From a virus (Duplodnaviria > Caudoviricetes), in the IMG/VR virus record IMGVR_UViG_3300037462_000487, positions 1-64,000 of that record: a stretch of 64,000 nucleotides of DNA. The stretch is one strand, 5' to 3'. The notes beneath the pieces were generated by a model that was given only the letters and a program-made list of their open reading frames with translations, did no database searches and was not told the origin of the DNA. Shown in pieces: positions 52,907-60,634 of this stretch. Numbering within the stretch: the stretch's first letter is position 1; each line of letters opens with the position of its first letter. The position numbers and the translations under genes were made by a program.

Positions 52907-55730
52907 GTCGATTCTCCTTTTCCTGTCGCTGCTGCTGCATTTCGGCTGCCAGTGTCCAGCCGGTATGTACCGGCCCGATCCAGGTCGGCGCTTCGCGGCG
53001 TTCCGGTGGTTCTGCCAGTTGGCTCTCCGGCAGCAAGTGTACTCCCCACTGATTCACAAAATGATCGAGAGAGAAAGGGTATTCCCGCCCAGGGCGATAA
53101 CCCCATTTACGCGCATTTTCCGGGCCGACTTCGCTCACAAAATGAATCATGGGAACAGTGCGGCGGCAAAAGCGTTCCGGCATCTGCCGACACATGATCC
53201 GAATAATCTCCGGCAGCACGTCGGCATATTCTTCCAGTTTAACCGCTACAATCAGGCTGTCGTGAACGTTAAACGCTACGTAAGTCGCTTTGCCGGCTGC
53301 AAGCAGCCATTCTGTAATCTCAACCGTCGCGCGGGCGATCATCTCCGCGACACCTCCCTGCTGGATGTAATTCCAGGCTTTGTAGCCGACTGCCTGCCGC
53401 TTGCCTTCTTCCCAAAAAGACGGTACCACCACGCGAGCGCCTGTCCAGAGTGTCGTGTAAGTAGGGTACTGCCCCTCCTGCAACCGCCGCTGCGCAACAT
53501 CGGCAGCTTCGCGTTTACGCTGCGTCACTCGCGGGTACGCCGCATCTTTGTTCGCCAGAATACGCCGCGCTTCGTCAATGCTCTGCCGGATCATGATCGA
53601 AATCTTGCCTGCGCCTGCGCCATACGCCGAACCAAACGTCACGCCTTTGCCCATCGTGCGCAACTGCTTCAACCGCTTTTTATCGCCTTCGCGCTGTGCT
53701 TTATGCCACTCATCGGCAAAGTAAATTTCCGCCTGAGCGGCGTGAAAATCGCCACCTTCCGTCGCCATCGCAAATCGGTCATCCGCCGCTACCATTGCGC
53801 CGGTTTTATTTTCGGCGTTGCTGTAGTCTAACTCAACATACCAGTAACCTTCCGGGGCGTGTAACCAGCCGGCAGCTACCGACAGATTAAGATTCTGTAA
53901 GTTGGGAGTCGTTGACGTATAGCGTCCGGTGCGAGTCAGCCGGGAAATCACCGAATGAATGCGTCCGTCACGTTCAGCATGAGCCAGCAGTTCGTCAATG
54001 CGGATCACCAGCGCTTCGTTCTCCTGCGCTTCACGCAGATGCCGCGCTGGATGCTGTGCATAATCCGGGTTCGCAATGACTTCGCCGTCAACTTCGATTT
54101 TAGGGCGTGGCAGATAAAAATCCAGCGCCTTTTTTCCCAGAGACAGCGTGCCAGTCTCTACCGCCAGCGTCTGATAGTTAACTTCGTTGTCTGCCAGCAA
54201 AATAATGCTGTCGTCATCTTCGTAATCATCGCCGTACAGCACTTCCGGGGCCGCGACAATGCGGTTCTGCATCTGTCGCTGAAAAGTCTGCGTCACCAGA
54301 AATGGGTTATACTGAATGTCTTCGGCAGTCGGCAGCAGCACATTGCACAGACAGAAGATGTAGTAATACTTAAACACCTTCTTTCCCATCAGTTCCAGCG
54401 GCGGCGGCAGGGCATCCTGGTCATAGCGGTAACGCAGCCAGTTCCAGGTCAATGTAGCGCGATACGTCTGATTAAGTCTATCGTGAGTTGCGTACAGATG
54501 CTCTGCCAGCCGCCGCGTAATTTGCGTCACATCCAGTACCGGCGGTATCGAGCGTGGAGCAGCTTTCACCAGCGACACGCGCGTATACCGCTGTGTCGGA
54601 TCAAACGCCAGCAAAAACGCTTCCCATTCAGCGCGGGAACTGTCAGGCACCGCCGACCAATCCAGCCAGTGCAGCAGTGCCTGCTTCTCCGCCGTCGTCA
54701 ACACCCCTACTGCCTGTTGCAGTAAGCGCCGAGTCGCGGAGTAAGTTGCCTGCTGTGTTACGGTAGTCAGAATTTTTTCCAGCAGCACCAGATACGCCAG
54801 TGAGGTATCTACCGTGTCTTCGACTTGATTCATCGCCGCAACTGCACTGGCTTCGCGGCTGGCATAAAGCTGACGCTGCTGCCGCAGGTAATCCTGATCG
54901 ACAGGCGAACCCGTCGCTGCCTGCAAGCAGGAAGTCCAGCTAATCCGCTGCTCCCAGGCAATCAACTCCGGGAGAGCCTCCCACTTGCCGATCACCCGGT
55001 TTTTCCCGGTTAGCGCTATCGTTTCCCGACTAATCTGCTGTACAAAATCACGTTCAAATTCATAGAGATAGTACGTCAGTACAGTATCCATCAATACGTA
55101 ACGATCAATCACGCAGGCGGCTGCCGTCGTTACGTCGGTACGTCCGCCGTCTGCCGTCAGATCAGCATACTCCCAGAACAGGCTGTCGGTTTGCAGCAAG
55201 TCAATCTGCACCTGCTCAAAGTCGGCGCGGTAAGCTTTCATCTTAGCGTAAAACTCTCGATCCTGCGGCAGGAAAACATCACGCCAGCAGTATTTCTGCA
55301 CCAGCGCAGTCAGACTGGCTTCGCCTTTTTCCGGTTCCGCCAGCATCGTCCGCAGCGCAATGACCTGCGTATCCCAGACTTTAACTCCTGCCGGCAGCGT
55401 GATCTGCCAGTGCCCGCCGACGCTGCGAAAATCAAAAACAATGTTGTGTCCGATCAGGGTATAGTGCGGGCGCTGCAAGACTTGCCGCAGAAAATCGACA
55501 ACTTCCGGCGAAAAATCGGAGAACACCACCCCCGGAAAACCCGGTGTGTATAGTGCCACTTTCATGATGGGGGCAACAAACGATAACCCGTACTTTTTAT
55601 TTTGCCAGACAGAAGTAGGTGGCGTGGTTTCGGTTTCAATATCCAGCGACAGAGTATCGCAAGTCAGTAAAAAATCCGCTTCCTGCCAGTCTCGAATAAT
55701 TTTCACACTACCCTCCATTTCTTGCCACAA
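52899..55730 (-). CDS. Family A DNA polymerase (3'-5' exonuclease plus polymerase)
   Basis: Exo motifs LDIET, GHNIVFD, DT; polymerase TGRYTSTTPNLQN, motif A LDYSNAE, motif B R..GKGVTFGSAYG, motif C NVHDSL. Confidence 0.95.
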   Translation of the reverse strand: MWQEMEGSVKIIRDWQEADFLLTCDTLSLDIETETTPPTSVWQNKKYGLSFVAPIMKVALYTPGFPGVVFSDFSPEVVDFLRQVLQRPHYTLIGHNIVFDFRSVGGHWQITLPAGVKVWDTQVIALRTMLAEPEKGEASLTALVQKYCWRDVFLPQDREFYAKMKAYRADFEQVQIDLLQTDSLFWEYADLTADGGRTDVTTAAACVIDRYVLMDTVLTYYLYEFERDFVQQISRETIALTGKNRVIGKWEALPELIAWEQRISWTSCLQAATGSPVDQDYLRQQRQLYASREASAVAAMNQVEDTVDTSLAYLVLLEKILTTVTQQATYSATRRLLQQAVGVLTTAEKQALLHWLDWSAVPDSSRAEWEAFLLAFDPTQRYTRVSLVKAAPRSIPPVLDVTQITRRLAEHLYATHDRLNQTYRATLTWNWLRYRYDQDALPPPLELMGKKVFKYYYIFCLCNVLLPTAEDIQYNPFLVTQTFQRQMQNRIVAAPEVLYGDDYEDDDSIILLADNEVNYQTLAVETGTLSLGKKALDFYLPRPKIEVDGEVIANPDYAQHPARHLREAQENEALVIRIDELLAHAERDGRIHSVISRLTRTGRYTSTTPNLQNLNLSVAAGWLHAPEGYWYVELDYSNAENKTGAMVAADDRFAMATEGGDFHAAQAEIYFADEWHKAQREGDKKRLKQLRTMGKGVTFGSAYGAGAGKISIMIRQSIDEARRILANKDAAYPRVTQRKREAADVAQRRLQEGQYPTYTTLWTGARVVVPSFWEEGKRQAVGYKAWNYIQQGGVAEMIARATVEITEWLLAAGKATYVAFNVHDSLIVAVKLEEYADVLPEIIRIMCRQMPERFCRRTVPMIHFVSEVGPENARKWGYRPGREYPFSLDHFVNQWGVHLLPESQLAEPPERREAPTWIGPVHTGWTLAAEMQQQRQEKENRHG

Positions 55731-55756
55731 CGCGCAAGGTGCGTTTTTTCTGTCAT

Positions 55757-56059
55757 TCAGCTACCACCCTGAGCCGGGGGTGTAATTTTCTTTGCCAGCA
55801 TTGTCCTGGTGAGAACGCCTACCAGAACTCGCTGCCCGTTAACCAGAAAATGCGGATCAACGCCATCTGGCACATACCGAACAGTATACTCGATCTTCTG
55901 CGCAGAAGCCAGTGTCACCTGCCAGTGCAGGTGCGGCACAACTTCTTGTACATGCCAGGACAAACGCTGCACGTTAGCTACCAGTTCGGCTGCCTGCACC
56001 GCCAGAATAGCCAGTCGATGCTCTGGTACATGCTGATGATACATCTGAAAAAGTTTCAT
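55757..56059 (-). CDS. Hypothetical protein
   Basis: 100 aa with GGGAGAG RBS, just downstream of palindrome copy 2. Confidence 0.65.
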   Translation of the reverse strand: MKLFQMYHQHVPEHRLAILAVQAAELVANVQRLSWHVQEVVPHLHWQVTLASAQKIEYTVRYVPDGVDPHFLVNGQRVLVGVLTRTMLAKKITPPAQGGS

Positions 56060-56101
56060 CGTTTAACTCTCCCTGAATATACAAACCTGATTCAAACGTC
56101 C

Positions 56102-56145
56102 GTTACAAAACTTCTATTATATATATATTATAGAAGTTTTGTAAC
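56102..56145. promoter_or_regulatory. 44-bp near-perfect palindrome (copy 2, inverted relative to copy 1)
   Basis: GTTACAAAACTTCTATTATATATATATTATAGAAGTTTTGTAAC is the exact reverse complement of 12858..12901. Confidence 0.85.
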
Positions 56146-56156
56146 GGACAGTCAGT

Positions 56157-56420
56157 TTAGTCACTTTTCTGACTAAATTGATAAAGCGTTGAGTTAGTGT
56201 TAATTTCCCAGGTAATTTCTTGCCGCATTGCCTGTAGCTGCCCTAAAACTGCCTTAAGTGTTGATTCATACTGAAAGCTGCGCTGCGCCTGCACCTGCAA
56301 CCGATAGCTGGCTTCCTCCAATTGACTCGCCTGTTCTGCCAGCAGCGTGATGACTGAACTCAGTTCCGGGTGAGTCGGCAGCAGCCGCGTCAATTGAGTT
56401 ATGGCTTCGTCGGTTGTCAT
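56157..56420 (-). CDS. Hypothetical coiled-coil protein
   Basis: 87 aa with AGGAG RBS. Confidence 0.65.
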   Translation of the reverse strand: MTTDEAITQLTRLLPTHPELSSVITLLAEQASQLEEASYRLQVQAQRSFQYESTLKAVLGQLQAMRQEITWEINTNSTLYQFSQKSD

Positions 56421-56480
56421 GCAGTTCTCCTGTGTTATAAAAACACAACCAGCGTGAGGGAAAATTGACTAAAATCACAT

Positions 56481-56921
56481 TCATACTTCACCTGCCAGAG
56501 CGTGTTTAGTCATCAGATCGACATAGTTATTGTAAAAATCATGACTGTGTGCGTCTACTTTGGTAAACGTCACTTGCAGCAGCGGGCGAATAGCATCGTA
56601 ATAGCTAACATACTCTTTGACGACTGGATTTTTGGCTTGCCACACACGAGTTGGCCAGAACTCGATGCCGCTGTAGTCGTAGCACAGCTTCGCCTGTTTA
56701 ACTTGATGATGCACACACCACTGCATCGCCTGCGTTGCTGCCTGCAATTCGCCAGCGACGTTGTTGGTGCCGCGACAATCGTGAATCACACCGGCGCGTT
56801 TATAGACAATATTTGTCTGTGCCGCATCCAGCACCAGAAACGCCCAGGCTCCCCGCTGCAATCGCGCAAGATACGCTCCGTCAACGTAAAGAGTGACGTT
56901 AGTCATCGGTGTCATCTTCAC
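56481..56921 (-). CDS. rnhA: Ribonuclease HI
   Basis: LYVDGAY, NNVAGEL, YDY.GI..W, KVDAHS...YN..VD catalytic pattern. Confidence 0.9.
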   Translation of the reverse strand: MKMTPMTNVTLYVDGAYLARLQRGAWAFLVLDAAQTNIVYKRAGVIHDCRGTNNVAGELQAATQAMQWCVHHQVKQAKLCYDYSGIEFWPTRVWQAKNPVVKEYVSYYDAIRPLLQVTFTKVDAHSHDFYNNYVDLMTKHALAGEV

Positions 56922-57081
56922 CCCCCGTCGCAGTCAATTGTTTAACATACGGCAGCAGCAGCACGCCAGCACTGATCGCCAGAGTAGCGACTTCCAGCCA
57001 GCGCTGCTGCTGCATTAAGTCCAGCGTTGCCATCATCACCAGCGCTAGAATCAGCGCCAACAGCCAGTAATAGAGTGTCAT
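56899..57081 (-). CDS. Small membrane protein
   Basis: 60 aa with two hydrophobic segments. Confidence 0.5.
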   Translation of the reverse strand: MTLYYWLLALILALVMMATLDLMQQQRWLEVATLAISAGVLLLPYVKQLTATGGEDDTDD

Positions 57082-57303
57082 TTAATAATTCAATTTCATT
57101 GTTTCGGGGATCGTCGCCATGCGATAATCGCCGTCAGCCGAGATATTGACCCAGGCCAGCCGGTAATGCTGCTTGACGTAAAATTCAATCTGCATAAAGC
57201 GCATACCCTGCATCAGCCGCACGATCCCGGTAGGGCTGCCGTGTAGAATGCCGGCATCCGCCAGACATTCATCGAGAGTTACAAAAACTTTTTTGTGAGT
57301 CAT
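57082..57303 (-). CDS. Hypothetical protein
   Basis: 73 aa, ATGA-coupled to the helicase end. Confidence 0.6.
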   Translation of the reverse strand: MTHKKVFVTLDECLADAGILHGSPTGIVRLMQGMRFMQIEFYVKQHYRLAWVNISADGDYRMATIPETMKLNY

Positions 57304-59357
57304 GAGTGTTCTCCTAAAATACCTGCCTGAGTCAATTTGGTTTTGAGCAGCGCCAGTTGTTTTTTAACCGGCGGTGTCACTAACAGATGATTTATAATAC
57401 TGCTGGCTTCTCCCATTTTCAAGAGGGAATCGCGGTTTTCATACCCCAGACTGCGCAGCATTTTTAACTGAGCTTCGGTAACTGCCTGTCGTTTCCAACT
57501 GGCTTTCTTGCGGGTGAAGCTGCTCACTAGCTGTTCCTGATCGGCCAGTCGCGCCATGTAGTCGGTAGCATCCAGCAGCAGATCGTCAATACTGCTGTTA
57601 CGCAGCAGATCAACCGGCTTTTCCAGCTTCCAGTTTTTGTCTTGATTGATAACACTCCACAGTGTGTATTGTTGATGCAGCGCCGCCAGATACAGCAAAG
57701 CTTCTTCCCACTCCCGTAGTTTGGCAGTAGGCTGTTGTTGCAGATAAGGATACGCTGCCAGCGCCGCTGCATTGTCGGTATTCAACACGTCACTGATCGC
57801 TTCGGCAGCAGTCTGACAGGCCTGCCCGACAACATAGTTTGGCGCGACAATCACCAGTGACTGCTGACTGGAAACCGCAACGCTGTAGATGTCGTCATTT
57901 TCATCCCGATACCAGTCAGTTGCCTGCTTATTAATAATCTCGGCAACGGTGTAGTGCAGTTTCTCACCGTCATTTTTAGGCGACTTTTTAGTTCGCTTTT
58001 TAGACTCGGTGCTGTCTAGCAGCAAGTCTTCTTCGTTTTCTTCTTCTTCGGGTACATACTGATTGTCAGTGTTAACCTGATAGCCAAACAAAGAGCCAAT
58101 AGGCGAGATACTGAAAGCCCGCCCGGTAAACTCCACAATCAGTGCGTCTGTTTTGCCCGGATGCAGCCGTAAGACGCGACCGACTGCCTGCGTTTTGAGT
58201 ACATCGTTGTCGGTGCTGCGCAGCCAGAACAAACAGTCAGCAACAGGTAAGTCTAACCCTTCCAGGCCGACACCGTATGACCACAGAGCTTGAATTTCGC
58301 CTTTCATGTAGCGGCGGTAGATGTCGCCGCGAGCGCTGACGGGTTTGACGCTGCCGTCAACATCGACACACTTCTCGCCATCGGTGTGAGCCGCCGGTAT
58401 TCCGGCAGCGTTAAAAGCTTCGGTGATGAGAATGCTGGCTTCAACTCCGCCAGTTTCACCCGCTTTGCCGGTAAACCCCATGATGTGACGCTGACTGGCT
58501 TTTTCTTTGGCGGCTTTAACAATCAGCGGCAGCCAGTTACGGGTGTCTTCCAGTTTCAGCGTGTCGCCGGTACCGTCGTCAATGATAACTCGTACCGGCG
58601 TTGCAAATGGTACCAGATACCCTTCCTGCTGCGCCCACCGGTAAGAGCGGGTGATATAAATTGTCTCAAACAGATTGTTTAAGCCGCGACCGTCATACCG
58701 CATAGGTGTCGCGGTGTAACCTACCAGCGCCGGAAATTCCAGATCAAACAGTCGGGCAACGTGACGCAAACGCTGCATCAGCACCAGCGAAGCATCACTA
58801 ACGCTGTGATGACACTCGTCAAACTGAATTAATGACGGCAAACCTCCCTGAGCCAGAATCTGATCGACTCGCTCGCTGACGAAAATTTTACGTGATGTCT
58901 GACTTGCCAGTCGAATGCTGCCATCGCGTTCCAGTCGCAGTTCGCTTTTTTCTGGCAAGGCAAACGGTGCTGCTGTCTTGTCGGCAATCGTGCGATCTAC
59001 CAGCGTCTGAGCAGAAGCGACAATGATGCGGGCAGCCGGTGTGTTGTGACGTTCCATGACGACACCGATGCCGGGGACAAGCTGCTGATAGTTTTTCACC
59101 GCGACATTGCCACGCAGTTCCGGCCACTCGTATTTATAATTTTCGTACATCTGCCAGATCAGACTGCGAGCCGGCGCAATCATCCAGCTACGCGCTTTAT
59201 CCGGCGGCGCAAGCTGCCGGTTAATTTCAATTGCGGTAATTGACTTGCCGCCGCCGGTAAAAAAATGCACTACCCCGGCGCGTTTTCCCTGCGCGATACC
59301 TCCTTTCACTCGCTCTACCGCTTCCTGCTGATACGGGCGTAAAGCCTTAGCTGCCAT
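57300..59357 (-). CDS. Superfamily 2 DNA helicase (DExH/ResIII-like)
   Basis: LRPYQ Q-motif, TGGGKS, FDECHH, TATP, EGLDLP, QAVGRVLR. Confidence 0.92.
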   Translation of the reverse strand: MAAKALRPYQQEAVERVKGGIAQGKRAGVVHFFTGGGKSITAIEINRQLAPPDKARSWMIAPARSLIWQMYENYKYEWPELRGNVAVKNYQQLVPGIGVVMERHNTPAARIIVASAQTLVDRTIADKTAAPFALPEKSELRLERDGSIRLASQTSRKIFVSERVDQILAQGGLPSLIQFDECHHSVSDASLVLMQRLRHVARLFDLEFPALVGYTATPMRYDGRGLNNLFETIYITRSYRWAQQEGYLVPFATPVRVIIDDGTGDTLKLEDTRNWLPLIVKAAKEKASQRHIMGFTGKAGETGGVEASILITEAFNAAGIPAAHTDGEKCVDVDGSVKPVSARGDIYRRYMKGEIQALWSYGVGLEGLDLPVADCLFWLRSTDNDVLKTQAVGRVLRLHPGKTDALIVEFTGRAFSISPIGSLFGYQVNTDNQYVPEEEENEEDLLLDSTESKKRTKKSPKNDGEKLHYTVAEIINKQATDWYRDENDDIYSVAVSSQQSLVIVAPNYVVGQACQTAAEAISDVLNTDNAAALAAYPYLQQQPTAKLREWEEALLYLAALHQQYTLWSVINQDKNWKLEKPVDLLRNSSIDDLLLDATDYMARLADQEQLVSSFTRKKASWKRQAVTEAQLKMLRSLGYENRDSLLKMGEASSIINHLLVTPPVKKQLALLKTKLTQAGILGEHS

Positions 59358-59383
59358 GACATTCTCCGACTTAAATTAATCAG

Positions 59384-59500
59384 AAACGGGGCATTACAAA
59401 ATTTTTCTGGCAGTTCGGTTTCACTTCGTACCTGAACTGCCAGAAAAAGAGTTAAAAAAGAGCGGTGGGGGAGTCGCAAAAATTTTGCAATGCCCCGTTT
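59384..59500 (-). other. Nested-hairpin structured intergenic element (117 nt)
   Basis: Outer inverted repeat 59384-59406/59478-59500 (one mismatch, G-U on the minus strand) and inner perfect 15-bp stem 59402-59416/59434-59448. Confidence 0.75.
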
Positions 59501-59883
59501 TATTTTTTAAGACGCAGCGTTTCCTGCTTCAGCGTCTCTTGCTGCAATGTCGGCAGCGCACTGTCAATGACGTAATGCATCCAATTATGCAGCACCTGAC
59601 TTATCAGTGAGTAATGATCTTCCTCGATGTACGTCGCCAGTTTGTGAAGATTGCCATCGGGAAAAGAACCATACAGCAGCCAGGTGCGGCGGGGATTGTA
59701 AAAAAAGTACGGCACCCCCTGACTGCTGCGCAGCGTGACAATGATAGTCATTTTCAAACTGTGAATGACTCCCGACAGCGTGGCATCTCGCACATTGTTT
59801 TCGGCAGCAACGACATGAAACCGATACCCGGTATCTTCATAGCCGGTATACTTAATTTCTAAAATCTGCATCTCATCTGTCAT
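59500..59883 (-). CDS. Hypothetical protein
   Basis: 127 aa, ATGA-coupled. Confidence 0.65.
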   Translation of the reverse strand: MTDEMQILEIKYTGYEDTGYRFHVVAAENNVRDATLSGVIHSLKMTIIVTLRSSQGVPYFFYNPRRTWLLYGSFPDGNLHKLATYIEEDHYSLISQVLHNWMHYVIDSALPTLQQETLKQETLRLKK

Positions 59884-60317
59884 CGACGGCTCTCTTTTTT
59901 CAGTTCTTGGTACAGCTTTTTGCGTAGTTGATCGCCGCTGTCCAGTTGATCGTTTAAAAGCTGCTCGCGTTCCCGAAACTGCCGTTCTTCGTAAGCAAAA
60001 TAAATCCGGGAATTGTTCTGCCAGGACTCGATAGCGTCAATCAGTGCGGTGGCGCTAAGTCGTGATTCCAGCAGGTTAACCAATTCGTCTTTCAGCGTTT
60101 GCTCATAACTGGCAGCAAGTTCGTAAAAAGGCAATTTGTGTTTATGATTTTCCGACGGGTACGTCAGAAACGAGTCACTTTGAATCCGCCAGACTCGGCC
60201 TTCGTTTTCGTCTAGTCGCAGCGTAAAATAAACCGTAGCCAGCGCCGATTGATGTGACTCTGACAGCGGCAGCACTGCATCGCCGGAGAACTGACTGCCG
60301 TTAAAGTAGATTTTCAT
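59880..60317 (-). CDS. Hypothetical protein
   Basis: Start reassigned to ATG 60317 (GAGG RBS, ATGA overlap with the upstream gene). Confidence 0.65.
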   Translation of the reverse strand: MKIYFNGSQFSGDAVLPLSESHQSALATVYFTLRLDENEGRVWRIQSDSFLTYPSENHKHKLPFYELAASYEQTLKDELVNLLESRLSATALIDAIESWQNNSRIYFAYEERQFREREQLLNDQLDSGDQLRKKLYQELKKESRR

Positions 60318-60634
60318 AACACCTCTCTGGTAAGGATTGTGTAGGTACCGGGTAAATGCCGTTCCAGCGTAGTCCAGGTCATAAAAATCGTACAAAAGTA
60401 AGGTGACTCTTTAACCAGATTGTTGCTGGCAACTTCACTGATCTGCCAGACTAAACGCGGATGGTAAGGCACCTGAAACACTGTTTCCGCTACGGTGCCG
60501 CTGACTTCGCGCCAGGCTTCGACTTCCTGCATTCCGGCGGTAACAATATCTTTGACTTCAGTCGGCCGGCGCTTGGGGGGACGCACTTTTTTACGCTGAC
60601 TGAACCTCTCTCGTAAGTTATTCCATGATTCCAC
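60314..60634 (-). CDS. Hypothetical protein
   Basis: GTG start with GGAG RBS, overlapping the primase end. Confidence 0.55.
   Translation of the reverse strand: MESWNNLRERFSQRKKVRPPKRRPTEVKDIVTAGMQEVEAWREVSGTVAETVFQVPYHPRLVWQISEVASNNLVKESPYFCTIFMTWTTLERHLPGTYTILTREVL

Noticed and set aside
50163-55730. 2-aminoadenine (Z) or other base-substitution pathway
   Set aside because: MazG-like and family A polymerase genes are present, but no PurZ-like, HD-phosphohydrolase or queuosine-pathway gene was recognised; the adenine MTase also argues for normal A.
52899-55730. Intein or intron in the DNA polymerase
   Set aside because: The frame is uninterrupted and the insertion has no C/S...HN splice ends or LAGLIDADG/HNH motifs.
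59384-59500. MITE with 23-bp terminal inverted repeats
   Set aside because: No target-site duplication, no second copy and no transposase; strand-specific G-U pairing fits an RNA structure better.
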